A stretch of 64,000 bases of DNA, from positions 1,702,990 through 1,766,989 of the forward strand of contig CAWJXB010000006.1 in the NCBI GenBank assembly GCA_963846775.1, given 5' to 3'. A model generated the notes under the pieces. That model was not told where the DNA came from and did no database searches. It was given only the letters and a program-made list of their open reading frames with translations. Positions 37,962-47,700 of the stretch are shown here, piece by piece. The translations under genes were made by a program, and so were the position numbers. How positions within the stretch are numbered: position 1 is the stretch's first letter; every line of letters begins with the position of its first letter. Source of the DNA: an uncultured Verrucomicrobiae bacterium. GTDB lineage: Bacteria; Verrucomicrobiota; Verrucomicrobiia; Chthoniobacterales; UBA10450.

Positions 37962-39092
37962 ATGAAAGTGATCGCGATCATCAAGAGCAAATTGAGCCGA
38001 GCCGCAGGACTATTGCCGCACGATGATTGGCTCGCGCTCGGCTGGGTGTTGGCGATCAAGCTTCTGCTTCTCATCTTTGGCATAAGAAGTTTTCAAACGC
38101 TTGGAAATAGTGTCGCCCCGGGCTGGCTAGAAATCTGGAACCGCTGGGATTCGATTCATTACCTCGACGTCGCCCAATTTGGTTATCGCTCGTCGAGCAC
38201 GCTCAAAGCCTGGTTCTATCCATTGTTTCCGTGGTTGACCCGGGCAGTGGCGTGGATCACCGGGAATTATCTTGCGAGCGCTTTCATCGTTTCGGGCGCG
38301 GCCCTCCTGATTGCGGCCATCCTCTTGCGCCGGCTCGTTCAACTCGACTATCCACCAGACGTCGCCCGGCGCGCTGTCTGGTTCTTCCTCATTTTCCCGA
38401 CTGCATATTTTCTCCACATTGGCTACAGCGAAAGCCTTTTTCTCGCGCTCGCGCTCGGATCAATCTTTGCGGCGCGACGCGGGAGATGGTGGCCGGCGGG
38501 AGCCCTCGGGGCGCTGGCGTGGGCGACTCGTCCCACCGGAATCGTTCTCGTGCCGACCCTCGCCGTGGAAGCTGCCCACCAATTGATCACTACGAAACGC
38601 TGGAACTGGGGCTGGCTCTGGATCGGATTCGTGCCGCTCGGGTTCGCCGCGTATCTTTTCCTCAATTGGAAAGTCTCAGGCGAGCCGTTCGCATTTCTGC
38701 AAATGCGCAAACCGCTTTTTGCGATGTCGTTCGCCTGGCCTTGGGTTGGAATCCGCGAAGCGATCGGGAATCTGCGTCGTCCGCCAAATGACGCCGAGAT
38801 AGTCGGTGCCCAGGAATTGTATTTCGTCGCCCTCAGCTTTGTTTGCCTGGTTGTCAGTTGGATTAAGCTGCGGCCGCTTTACGCCGTCTGGATGACTGGA
38901 AACTGGCTGTTGTTCACCTGTGTTACCTTCATCGAAAGCGCGCCACGCTACGCGGTCACGCTTTTCCCAATTTTCATCCTATTCGCGCTGCTCGCGAAGA
39001 ACCGCTTCTGGAACGGGATCATTACTGTGTGGTCGGTTTTATTTCTTGCTCTCTTTGTCAGCCTTTTTGTCCGCGGCTGGTGGGCGTTTTAG
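37962..39092 (+). CDS. GT-C-fold membrane glycosyltransferase (putative mannosyltransferase)
   Basis: 376 aa, ~10 TM helices, conserved acidic/aromatic first loop (WDSIHYLDVAQFGY). Resembles the PIG-V/DUF2029/GT87-type mannosyltransferases. Confidence 0.5.
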   Translation: MKVIAIIKSKLSRAAGLLPHDDWLALGWVLAIKLLLLIFGIRSFQTLGNSVAPGWLEIWNRWDSIHYLDVAQFGYRSSSTLKAWFYPLFPWLTRAVAWITGNYLASAFIVSGAALLIAAILLRRLVQLDYPPDVARRAVWFFLIFPTAYFLHIGYSESLFLALALGSIFAARRGRWWPAGALGALAWATRPTGIVLVPTLAVEAAHQLITTKRWNWGWLWIGFVPLGFAAYLFLNWKVSGEPFAFLQMRKPLFAMSFAWPWVGIREAIGNLRRPPNDAEIVGAQELYFVALSFVCLVVSWIKLRPLYAVWMTGNWLLFTCVTFIESAPRYAVTLFPIFILFALLAKNRFWNGIITVWSVLFLALFVSLFVRGWWAF

Positions 39093-39299
39093 CTGATCGG
39101 AATTCGCCATACTCCGACAAGTTTCAACGTCTCCGGTTCGGGAGATTCGTGGCGCAGGCATTTCGGTCGATCCGGACTCGAACGAGTTAGAAGAATTCGG
39201 GAGATTGATCGACGCGAAAGATTGTTCTTAAAGGCGCGGACCGGTAGTTTGTTCGGCGAAGTTGCCCCTTTTCGCCGCGCAATTAAGATCGACGTCATC

Positions 39300-39899
39300 A
39301 TGACGACGATTGGACCAAGCAAATACGGAGCGAAGGAAATCGCGCAGCTTTTCCCCAGTCTGATGCAGATCAAAGAGGAATCGCTCCGGGAAAAAGTAGC
39401 GGCGGTTTGGAATGAAGCGATCACGACCGGCTGTGGCGGGAAGGGCTGGACGTTCGACGAATTGCGCTCGGTGAAATTTACGCTGCTGGCCGGCGATATC
39501 GACATGACGTTCGTCGAGCATCTGAACTCCTGTGCTTTGCAATGCATCGCCATCGCTGATGTGTTGGAGGGGGCATTCCGTTGTGGCATCCCGATCCGCC
39601 GCGATTATCTCATCGCGGGAGCGCTGCTGGCAGATGTCGGCAAGCCACTCGAGTATGATAAGGACGCCTCCGGCAACGTGATCCAGGGCACGTTCGGCCA
39701 GCAGGTGCGGCATCCGTTCAGCGGTGTCGCACTCGCGCACAAGCATGGTCTGCCCGGCGAGGTCTTACACATCATCGCCACCCACAGCCATGAAGGTGAC
39801 AAAGTCGAGCGCTCTATCGAGTCGATCATTTTTCATCACGCCGACTTTGTCGATTTCGACATCGCCAAACTCCTCGGCAAACGGGCCGGGAAAAAATGA
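39300..39899 (+). CDS. HD-domain phosphohydrolase family protein
   Basis: H...HD...H...H...D metal ligands (LLADVGK..., HSHEGD). Start at the internal ATG (MTTIGPS). Confidence 0.6.
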   Translation: MTTIGPSKYGAKEIAQLFPSLMQIKEESLREKVAAVWNEAITTGCGGKGWTFDELRSVKFTLLAGDIDMTFVEHLNSCALQCIAIADVLEGAFRCGIPIRRDYLIAGALLADVGKPLEYDKDASGNVIQGTFGQQVRHPFSGVALAHKHGLPGEVLHIIATHSHEGDKVERSIESIIFHHADFVDFDIAKLLGKRAGKK

Positions 39900-39936
39900 A
39901 CTTGTCCATCCTCGCGTTGTCTGAACGAACACGAAA

Positions 39937-40758
39937 TTGATTCGCCGGAATTTTAGTAGTCGGGCGCGCCAGCTTTCAGGCGGTGATGCGATTCTTATTT
40001 CCATCCCGAAAAGCGGCCGGACATGGCTGCGCACATTTCTCTGCGCTTATTTTTGCCAGCGGTACGGGCGCGAGTTCACGCTCGATCCGCAACGTTATGT
40101 CGATCTTACGATTCCACGCCTAGTCTATTCGCACGATGTGTTTGAACATCGGACGAAAGGAAGCTGGTGGGACCGGTTGCGCGGTAAATATCTCGTGCCC
40201 GCGCGCGAATGGCGAAGTGCGAAAAAGATCATCCTGCTGGCAAGAGATCCGCGGGATTGTTTTGTCTCGCTCTATTTGCAGATGACGCGTCGCACGGCGG
40301 AGACGCCGGCCAAGCTAAAACAGAAAGCCACCAGTGAAATGTTACGGGACGGACGATTCGGCATCCGCGCGATGGTGCGGACGATGAACGACTGGTTGAA
40401 CGAACTCACCCGCCACGACCATTTCGCCTTACTGCGATACGAGACGATCCGGGCCGCGCCAGCAGAGAAATTTCGCGAGTTGCTAGAATGGTTAGGCGAA
40501 AATGATGTCGACTTGCCGATCTTGGAGGGGGCGGTGGATTTTTCCTGCTTCGAGAACATGCAGAAAATGGAAGCAGCCTGGGCTTTCGATTCCAAAATCC
40601 TCCAGCCCGGGGATGCGCGCGACCGGGAATCGTTCAAAGTGCGCCGCGGAAAAATCGGCGGATTCGAAGATTACTTGTCGATCGGCGATCAACAATATGC
40701 CGCCGAGGCGATGAAGAGTTTACATCCTCGGTTTGGCTACGCGCCGTTAACGAATTAA
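39937..40758 (+). CDS. sulfotransferase-family protein
   Basis: PAPS 5'-phosphosulfate-binding loop PKSGRTW and 3'-PB region (LARDPRD), 273 aa. Confidence 0.6.
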   Translation: MIRRNFSSRARQLSGGDAILISIPKSGRTWLRTFLCAYFCQRYGREFTLDPQRYVDLTIPRLVYSHDVFEHRTKGSWWDRLRGKYLVPAREWRSAKKIILLARDPRDCFVSLYLQMTRRTAETPAKLKQKATSEMLRDGRFGIRAMVRTMNDWLNELTRHDHFALLRYETIRAAPAEKFRELLEWLGENDVDLPILEGAVDFSCFENMQKMEAAWAFDSKILQPGDARDRESFKVRRGKIGGFEDYLSIGDQQYAAEAMKSLHPRFGYAPLTN

Positions 40759-40809
40759 ATCTTGGCACGGCAGCAGGTTGAAGTTTAATCTTTCCATTGA
40801 CGTTGTCGA

Positions 40810-41331
40810 TTGCACGACATGCAAACACTGCGGCGAAGAACGATACTCGGTTTCGCGCTTACGCTCTTTTTATCGATCGTTGCCGCACAGTCGCAGCAGC
40901 GAGGCGAGAGCGATGGAGCGGTGCATGTAAGAATGATCGTCAATTCGGACGGCTCGCGCACGACTTTCATGTTCAACGATGTCGAACGGAAATGCGTTGC
41001 CACGACTACGAGCGAAGACGGGAAATTGCGTGAGAAAGTTCGTTACGAGCTCGATGAGGCCGGGCGTTTTTTGACGGGGCGCATCTTCGGTCCGGACGGT
41101 AAACTTAAATTCAAGAGCCGCTACAAATACGACAGCACCGAGCGAATGGAGAAAGAAACGCAGATGAACGAGCAAGGCGATCTGCTGCACCGGATCATTT
41201 ACAGCTATGATCAAACCGGCAGACCGACTGGTTATTCCGTGTTCGATGCAAACGGGAAACTGGAGAATCGACTGATGGTCCCGACGCCGAGTGCCCCGAT
41301 CAAACCCCGGGGTCGAAAAATCAAGGAGTGA
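40810..41331 (+). CDS. secreted hypothetical protein
   Basis: Signal peptide (TILGFALTLFLSIVAAQSQQ). Repeated DGK/DGS-L motifs. No recognised family. Confidence 0.45.
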   Translation: MHDMQTLRRRTILGFALTLFLSIVAAQSQQRGESDGAVHVRMIVNSDGSRTTFMFNDVERKCVATTTSEDGKLREKVRYELDEAGRFLTGRIFGPDGKLKFKSRYKYDSTERMEKETQMNEQGDLLHRIIYSYDQTGRPTGYSVFDANGKLENRLMVPTPSAPIKPRGRKIKE

Positions 41332-41577
41332 GGGCCTCCCAGCCGCTACGCACCGCCTGGCGGCTAGGAAAGCCGTCGAGTGGGAGGCCGCAGTTTCGCC
41401 AGGGTCGACATGATCCAAAGTTCCCAACGTAGTTGCGAAACGATTGGTCGGCACGACTGAGAATAAGCGCGCTTGGAGCAACATAGGGTGTTGCATCGAA
41501 TACGGCCTCTGCCTGAGCGCAGCCTTGGCCGCGGTTCGCGGTTGCTAGGGCGCGCAAAGAGGGTTACAAACTGCACC

Positions 41578-42261
41578 GTGATTGACTATATCCAGAAGGG
41601 CGGATTGCTGATGTGGCCAATTCTGGTCTGCAGCATCATCGCCATCGCCGTTTTTTTAGAGCGACTTTTTTATTTTCACCGCGCGACGATTCACGTCGGC
41701 GAGTTTTTGAAGGGACTGTCGAACTTGATTCAGCGTCGGAATTTTGCCGAGGCTTTGCATGAATCGGCCGGGACGCCGGGGCCGGTGGCGCGGGTGATTC
41801 ATGCGGCCATTATCCGGCACGATGCACCGCGGACGGAGCTGCGCGACATCGTGCAGGAAGCGGGACAACTGGAAGTGCCGAAGCTGGAGCGCTTCCTCGG
41901 TGTGCTGTCGACGATCGCGTTTCTCGCGCCGCTCCTTGGCTTGTTAGGCACGGTCGCGGGCATGATCGACGCGTTTGGCACGATTTCAGCGAGCGGTGGT
42001 TATGTAACCGTGACCGAGCTTTCCCGCGGCATTTACAAGAGTTTGCTCACCACGGCCGCTGGTCTCGTCGTCGCGACGCCTACGTTTGTGGCCTATAGTT
42101 ATCTCTCGTCGCGTGTTACGACGATGTTGCACGACATGGAACGCGCTGGGATCGAGATCGTTCACATGTTGACGGAAAGCCGGCCGATCAGCGGCATTAT
42201 CAGCTTCCAGCAGCCCGATGAAGCAGCTGCGCGTGAGCGCGAGGCACGGCAGGATCTTTAA
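41578..42261 (+). CDS. exbB: MotA/TolQ/ExbB proton-channel family protein
   Basis: 3 TM helices and the conserved C-terminal TM2/TM3 region (LGLLGTVAGMIDAF). GTG start chosen; an ATG at 41611 is also possible. Confidence 0.8.
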   Translation: MIDYIQKGGLLMWPILVCSIIAIAVFLERLFYFHRATIHVGEFLKGLSNLIQRRNFAEALHESAGTPGPVARVIHAAIIRHDAPRTELRDIVQEAGQLEVPKLERFLGVLSTIAFLAPLLGLLGTVAGMIDAFGTISASGGYVTVTELSRGIYKSLLTTAAGLVVATPTFVAYSYLSSRVTTMLHDMERAGIEIVHMLTESRPISGIISFQQPDEAAAREREARQDL

Positions 42262-42380
42262 CCACGAATCAACACGAATTGAGAGTTTCAAGCATTTCCC
42301 GGGAAGCTTTCAGCTTCCCCATCGGGAGCTATCTTCCATTCGCGTTGATTGGTGTCCATTAGTCATTAATTCAGCGCGAC

Positions 42381-42785
42381 ATGAAGCTCATTCGCACAAA
42401 AAATTACCACTTCGGCTGGCTGGTTGTTTGTCCGCTGCTCGACATCGCTTTTTTGATGGTGTTTTTCCTCCTGCTCAGCTCGCATTTTCTTTTGCAGCAG
42501 GGCGTTTCGGTCTCGATGCCGTTATCGCGGTTTGTCCTGGGGCCGCAATTGAACCAGCAAATCATTAGCATCACCGGTGGCGCGTCGCCCGCGATTTATT
42601 TTCGTGAACAACGAGTCACACTCGAACAACTCGGGCCGATGCTCGACGCGGCCAAACGCGACGGGCAATCGATCATCATTAAGGCGGATCGGCTGACGCC
42701 GTACGAATTGGTGGTCGAAGTTACGAACGCGGCGCTGGAGCACGGGATTACCTCCGTAGCCTTGGCTGGAGTGCCGCCGCAATGA
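42381..42785 (+). CDS. exbD: biopolymer transport protein ExbD/TolR
   Basis: Single N-terminal TM then a periplasmic domain, 134 aa. Confidence 0.8.
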   Translation: MKLIRTKNYHFGWLVVCPLLDIAFLMVFFLLLSSHFLLQQGVSVSMPLSRFVLGPQLNQQIISITGGASPAIYFREQRVTLEQLGPMLDAAKRDGQSIIIKADRLTPYELVVEVTNAALEHGITSVALAGVPPQ

Positions 42786-42860
42786 ATGCGTTTGTCGTCG
42801 GGATTGTTCGGTCAGCGCTGAGGAGGCATCATCTTCCGCTACCGTCGGCGGGACAGCTTT

Positions 42861-43658
42861 GTGTTTGCCATGAATGGGATGGCTAATTTCCCGCTTCTTT
42901 TTCAATGGGAACCGCCACGTGCACGGCGAGGAGCGATCATTCTTTTTTTGATTCTATCGCTGTTGGCGCATGCATTCTGTTTTTACCTGTTTCAGGTTGT
43001 TTATCCGCCAACGGTCGCGCTTTTGCCGCCGCCGGCGCGGGTTAGTTTGATCGCGGCTCATTCCGCGGAAGGTCAGACCCTGCTGTCCTGGATTGAATCG
43101 GAGGACCCGGCGCTGGCGTTTACGACCGTGCGTCCAACTGAAGGAAAACTTCGCGCATTGCCGAAGATAGCGCACGTCCCTTCGTATCGGACGCATCAGC
43201 CGATGCTAAAAGAAGCGCCGCCACTGGCTGTCGATATCAACCCGCCGAGCACGCGACCACCGGCGCCGATTCCGATCGTGCGTCGGAATGTCGAGCCCTT
43301 AACCAATCAAAAGATCCCGACGACGATTTCGTTTTCGGATGAGCTAAGTTCGTTAGGCGCTGCCATCATGCCGCCGTTCAAGCTCACCGCGAGCAATACG
43401 GAAGCGCCGCAAAACATGCGATTTCGCGTCGCCGTCGCTCCTGGCGGCGAAGTGCATTATTGTTTCCCTCTCACCAGTTCTGGCGACGCGGCCCTGGACG
43501 AACAAGCGCGCCAGGCCATCGCGCTTTGTCGGTTCCCGGGAACAACCAATCATCGACCGCCCACGGCCAACGCGCTGGTTTGGGGAATCGTCACTCTCGA
43601 TTGGGGCAATGATGTTGCGCCACCGTCCGCCCCACCGACATCCGCCCCGATTCGTTAA
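42861..43658 (+). CDS. TonB-like energy transducer (divergent)
   Basis: N-terminal TM anchor, Pro-rich spacer, C-terminal TonB_C-like domain. Directly downstream of exbBD. Confidence 0.6.
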   Translation: MFAMNGMANFPLLFQWEPPRARRGAIILFLILSLLAHAFCFYLFQVVYPPTVALLPPPARVSLIAAHSAEGQTLLSWIESEDPALAFTTVRPTEGKLRALPKIAHVPSYRTHQPMLKEAPPLAVDINPPSTRPPAPIPIVRRNVEPLTNQKIPTTISFSDELSSLGAAIMPPFKLTASNTEAPQNMRFRVAVAPGGEVHYCFPLTSSGDAALDEQARQAIALCRFPGTTNHRPPTANALVWGIVTLDWGNDVAPPSAPPTSAPIR

Positions 43659-43682
43659 CGACCTGGCCCGCGAGCATCGAGG

Positions 43683-43970
43683 TTGCGGTTTCGATTTCGC
43701 AAGCCGGGAGGCATGCGCTACTCTTCTCCCGTGATTCAAGTCAGTCTCACCGCGCTAATCACGATTTATTTGCTGCTTTTTCTTGCGGCGGTTTTCCTCC
43801 TCTGGATATTGGGGGAATGGAATCGCCGCCGGCGCGAACGTCGGGCCTTGCGCTATCGACTGCGCTGCGTGATTTGCGCGTTTGAGTTTGAAGATCGGAC
43901 CGACGCGCTGCTTCCGCGGTGTCCGCGCTGCGGCAGCCTAAACGAGCGATTCAAACTGGAACGAATTTGA
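43683..43970 (+). CDS. small membrane protein with C-terminal CxxC...CxxC zinc ribbon, hypothetical
   Basis: One TM helix then CVIC...CPRC. True start is probably the internal Met (MRYSSP). Confidence 0.35.
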   Translation: MRFRFRKPGGMRYSSPVIQVSLTALITIYLLLFLAAVFLLWILGEWNRRRRERRALRYRLRCVICAFEFEDRTDALLPRCPRCGSLNERFKLERI

Positions 43971-43971
43971 T

Positions 43972-45150
43972 ATGGGAATGTGGATTGGCCGCAACCGCAA
44001 GGCGCGCGTGACGTATGGCTTCGATGAAATCGCGCTCGTGCCGGGACGTGTCACGATTAACCCGAACGAAGTCGATACCACATTTCGGTTGCCGCGAAAA
44101 AATGCGGAGCCGCTCGTGTTAAAGATTCCGGTGCTGGCCAGCGCGATGGATGGCGTGGTCGATGTTCGGTTCGCGATTGCGATGAGCCAGCTCGGCGGCC
44201 TGGCCGTGCTGAATCTCGAAGGCGTGCAGACCCGCTACAAAAGCCCCAGGGAAGTCCTGCAAAAAGTTGTCGATGCTGATAAGTCGCAGGTCACCGCGTT
44301 GCTGCAAAAAATTTATCAGGAACCGGTCCAGGAAAATCTGATCGCAGCTCGGATCAAGGAGATCAAGGACAGCGGCGCGTTGGCAGCGGTTAGCTCGATC
44401 CCGCAGCGCGCGGCCGAGTTTGGGAAGATCGCCGAGGAAGCGGGCGCGGATGTTTTCGTCGTGCAAAGCACCGTCTCAACCGTCCGCCACGTTTCGTCGG
44501 AGTATCAGTCGCTCGATCTGGAAAAATTTTGCCACGAAATGCGGATCCCGGTCATCGTCGGCAACACGGTCGGTTACGACGTTACGTTCGAGATCATGGA
44601 ATGTGGGGTGGCGGCGGTGTTGATCGGTGTGGGGCCAGGCGCGGCATGCACGTCGCGCGGCGTGCTCGGGCTGGGCGTCCCGCAAGTGACCGCCACAGTC
44701 GATTGCGCCGCGGCGCGCGACGCCTATTTCAAGAAGACCGCGCGATACGTGCCGATTATCACGGATGGCGGGATGAGCAAAGGGGGCGATGTTTGCAAAG
44801 CGTTGGCCTGCGGTTCCGATGCAGTCATGATCGGAAGCGCGTTTGCCCGTGCCGAAGAAGCGCCAGGATGCGGGTATCACTGGGGCATGGCTACGCCGCA
44901 CGCGAATCTCCCGCGCGGCACGCGCATTCGAGTTGGCACGACCGGAAGACTGAAACAGATTCTCTTTGGCCCGGCTGAAGTGGACGACGGCAGCCAAAAT
45001 CTTGTCGGCGCGATCACCACCTGCATGGGCAATGTCGGCGCGCGCTCGATTGCCGAATTTCAACAAACGGAAATCATCATCGCGCCGTCGATCCGTACCG
45101 AAGGCAAGCTGTTCCAAACCGTGCAAAACGTCGGGATGGGAACAAGCTGA
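43972..45150 (+). CDS. IMP dehydrogenase-family protein lacking CBS subdomain (GuaB3-like)
   Basis: TIM-barrel IMPDH/GMPR motifs (active-site Cys loop GVGPGAACTSRGVLGLGVPQ), 392 aa, no CBS pair. Confidence 0.8.
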   Translation: MGMWIGRNRKARVTYGFDEIALVPGRVTINPNEVDTTFRLPRKNAEPLVLKIPVLASAMDGVVDVRFAIAMSQLGGLAVLNLEGVQTRYKSPREVLQKVVDADKSQVTALLQKIYQEPVQENLIAARIKEIKDSGALAAVSSIPQRAAEFGKIAEEAGADVFVVQSTVSTVRHVSSEYQSLDLEKFCHEMRIPVIVGNTVGYDVTFEIMECGVAAVLIGVGPGAACTSRGVLGLGVPQVTATVDCAAARDAYFKKTARYVPIITDGGMSKGGDVCKALACGSDAVMIGSAFARAEEAPGCGYHWGMATPHANLPRGTRIRVGTTGRLKQILFGPAEVDDGSQNLVGAITTCMGNVGARSIAEFQQTEIIIAPSIRTEGKLFQTVQNVGMGTS

Positions 45151-45198
45151 GCGGAACTTGTTGGCTAAAGCTGTCAGCTGCCCTTACCGCAATTACGA

Positions 45199-46449
45199 AT
45201 GAACTTTGATCGTCGAGTCGTTATTACCGGCATGGGCGTGATCACGCCGGTCGGGAACGATTTGGAAACCTTCTGGACGAGCCTGAAGAACGGCGTCAGC
45301 GGGATTCGCCGAATCGAAGCGTTCGATACCACCGCTTACGACACCAAGATCGCCGGCGAAGTGCGCGGGTTCGACCCAAAGCCATTCTTTAAGAATCCGA
45401 AGGATGTGCGGCGGAGCGATCGGTTCGGCCAATTCGCCATGGCTGCGGCGAAGATGGCATTGGACGATAGTGGGGTCGATCTGAGCGCGGAACGGCGCGA
45501 TCGCTTCGGTGTGATCGTGAGCAGCGGCATCGGCGGATTAAAAACTTTGGAGGAACAACACACGATTTTGTTAACCAAGGGGCCGTCCCGGAGCTCGCCC
45601 TTTACCATTCCAATGTTGATCAGCAACATCGCCGGCGGCTTGATCTCAATGGAGTTCGGTTTGAAAGGTCCGAATCTCTGCATCGTGACCGCGTGTGCGA
45701 CTTCGGCCAATGCCATCGGCGAATCGTGGCGCATGATTAAGTTCGGCGATGCAGACATCTTTCTCGCTGGCGGTTCGGAAGCGGCGATTGTTGAAATTGG
45801 CGTGGCCGGATTTTCGGCGATGAGAGCGCTGAGCCGGCGAAATGCCGAGCCGGAGCGCGCCTCGCGCCCGTTCGATCGCGACCGGGATGGATTTGTGATG
45901 AGCGAAGGCGCCGGCGTGGTCGTGGTCGAGGAGCTGGAACGTGCCAAAGCGCGCGGCGCGAAGATTTACTGCGAAATCGCCGGTTACGGTTTAAGCGCGG
46001 ACGCGTATCACATGACCGCGCCCCCGCCGGACGGTGAGGGCGCAGCGCGCGCCATGCAGATGGCGTTGAATCGGGCGCAGATTGCGCCGGAAGAGGTCGA
46101 TTACATCAACGCCCACGCTACCTCCACTGACATCGGCGACGTGTGCGAGACGCGTGCCATCAAAACCGTGTTTGGCGAACGCGCGCACAAAGTGGCCATC
46201 AGCGCGACCAAATCGATGACTGGCCATTTGTTAGGCGGGGCGGGGGCGGTCGAGATGGCCGCGTGCGCCCTGAGCATTCGCGATGGAATCATTCCGCCGA
46301 CGATCAATCTCGAACACCCGGATGAAGGGTGCGACCTGGATTACACGCCAAACAAGGCGCGGGAAAAGAAAGTGCGGATCGCGCTCAACAACGCCTTCGG
46401 TTTCGGTGGGCACAACGCCACCCTCGTGGCGAAAGCCTTCGAAGAATAG
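45199..46449 (+). CDS. fabF: beta-ketoacyl-[acyl-carrier-protein] synthase II
   Basis: 416 aa; active-site Cys (ACATSANAIG), His-His (HATST, GHLLGGAG) and C-terminal NAFGFGGHNA. Confidence 0.92.
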   Translation: MNFDRRVVITGMGVITPVGNDLETFWTSLKNGVSGIRRIEAFDTTAYDTKIAGEVRGFDPKPFFKNPKDVRRSDRFGQFAMAAAKMALDDSGVDLSAERRDRFGVIVSSGIGGLKTLEEQHTILLTKGPSRSSPFTIPMLISNIAGGLISMEFGLKGPNLCIVTACATSANAIGESWRMIKFGDADIFLAGGSEAAIVEIGVAGFSAMRALSRRNAEPERASRPFDRDRDGFVMSEGAGVVVVEELERAKARGAKIYCEIAGYGLSADAYHMTAPPPDGEGAARAMQMALNRAQIAPEEVDYINAHATSTDIGDVCETRAIKTVFGERAHKVAISATKSMTGHLLGGAGAVEMAACALSIRDGIIPPTINLEHPDEGCDLDYTPNKAREKKVRIALNNAFGFGGHNATLVAKAFEE

Positions 46450-46564
46450 ATTCCTTCACACATTGGCTTGTCGCTTTGAAACCGTACCACTACCGCCTAC
46501 GAACTTGTTTCACCTAACCCGGTTGAAACGATCAGTTTTGACGAGGAAACACTTCAAACAGGTT

Positions 46565-47032
46565 CTAGTGATCGGCAAAGACTGGCCCGGCGGAAATGTC
46601 TGCGGCGGTGAATTCGAAAACGTGTTCCTTGGCGCGGAGGGTTTTTAGAAGCACCGCCAGATTTTGCGCGGCTTGCGCGGCGTAAAAGCGTACCAGACCG
46701 ACCGTGGTGCGCTTGCCGAAGACCGCAATCATGATCGTTTCATCATCGACCGAATTCATAAAAATGTGGCTGCTGTTGCCCTGATGAAAGAGCGCATTGA
46801 ACTCGACTTCGCCGATCCGGCGGGCGAGCTCACACGTGGCGGCAAATGAACCGGCGGCAAGCGCGGCCATGATCGTGACATCCACAGCCTCCCGTTCGCC
46901 GAACTGTGAGATTACGTTGCCGCCGCGATCAATCACAATCGTCAAATCGCCCTCGGCTTTGTGCACGAACTCGGCCAAAATGGCGTCAAGTGCGGCGACG
47001 TCTTCGATCGTCAGGGCGGGAATTCCGTTCAT
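46565..47032 (-). CDS. mglB: roadblock/LC7-domain protein, MglB-like GTPase-activating protein
   Basis: 155 aa roadblock fold. The C-terminal block (TTVGLVRFYAAQAAQNL) aligns with the MglB TSLGLVRLRIKKASDEL region. 4-bp overlap with the upstream mglA. Confidence 0.75.
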   Translation of the reverse strand: MNGIPALTIEDVAALDAILAEFVHKAEGDLTIVIDRGGNVISQFGEREAVDVTIMAALAAGSFAATCELARRIGEVEFNALFHQGNSSHIFMNSVDDETIMIAVFGKRTTVGLVRFYAAQAAQNLAVLLKTLRAKEHVFEFTAADISAGPVFADH

Positions 47033-47700
47033 GGGGAAGCTTCCTTCTCTTCCGCAGCGCCATGCTGCACTGGGATCGCCACCGGCGGCGGCGGAGTGTG
47101 CGGCAGATCACTTTGTTTGCTAAATTTATGAAGCAAAATCTGCGAAACCGCATTGAGGGCGGAGAATACGTTTTGTCCGGTACTGGAAATGGCCTCGAAA
47201 CTTTGTAATCGCTTCTTCCGGTTGTTCAGAGTGTATTCGAGATAATTGATCGGTGCGACATTCGGCAGATCCCGCTTGTTATACTGAAGCACGAGCGGTA
47301 TGTCGTCGATGTTGGCGTTTTGGAGGGCGAGATTCTCGCTCAGATTCTTGAAGCTTTCCACGTTCTCCTCCATTTTCTCCCATTGGGAATCGGCCACAAA
47401 AACGAGACCATCGGTGCTGCGCAACACGAGCTGGCGGGTAGCGTTGTAAATCACCTGACCCGGCACGGTATAGAGCTGGAACTTCGTCACGAAGCCTTTG
47501 ATCACGACCGCATTCAGCGGTAAAAAATCGAAGAACAAGGTACGGTCGGCAGCCGTGGCCAACGAAACCAGTTCGCCACGATTTTTCGGACTGATCCGCT
47601 GATGGATGTAAGCCAGGCTCGTCGTCTTCCCGCACAGCGCGGGCCCGTAGTAAACGATCTTGAATTGGATTTCGCGGCTGGCGTAATTAACGATCGACAT
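47029..47700 (-). CDS. mglA: Ras-like small GTPase MglA
   Basis: Near-colinear with Myxococcus MglA: (SIVNYASREI)QFKIVYYGPALCGKTT, TLFFDFLPL, LYTVPGQV, DGLVFVADSQ, LQYNKRDLPN. Start at the internal ATG (MSIVNY). Confidence 0.9.
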   Translation of the reverse strand: MSIVNYASREIQFKIVYYGPALCGKTTSLAYIHQRISPKNRGELVSLATAADRTLFFDFLPLNAVVIKGFVTKFQLYTVPGQVIYNATRQLVLRSTDGLVFVADSQWEKMEENVESFKNLSENLALQNANIDDIPLVLQYNKRDLPNVAPINYLEYTLNNRKKRLQSFEAISSTGQNVFSALNAVSQILLHKFSKQSDLPHTPPPPVAIPVQHGAAEEKEASP

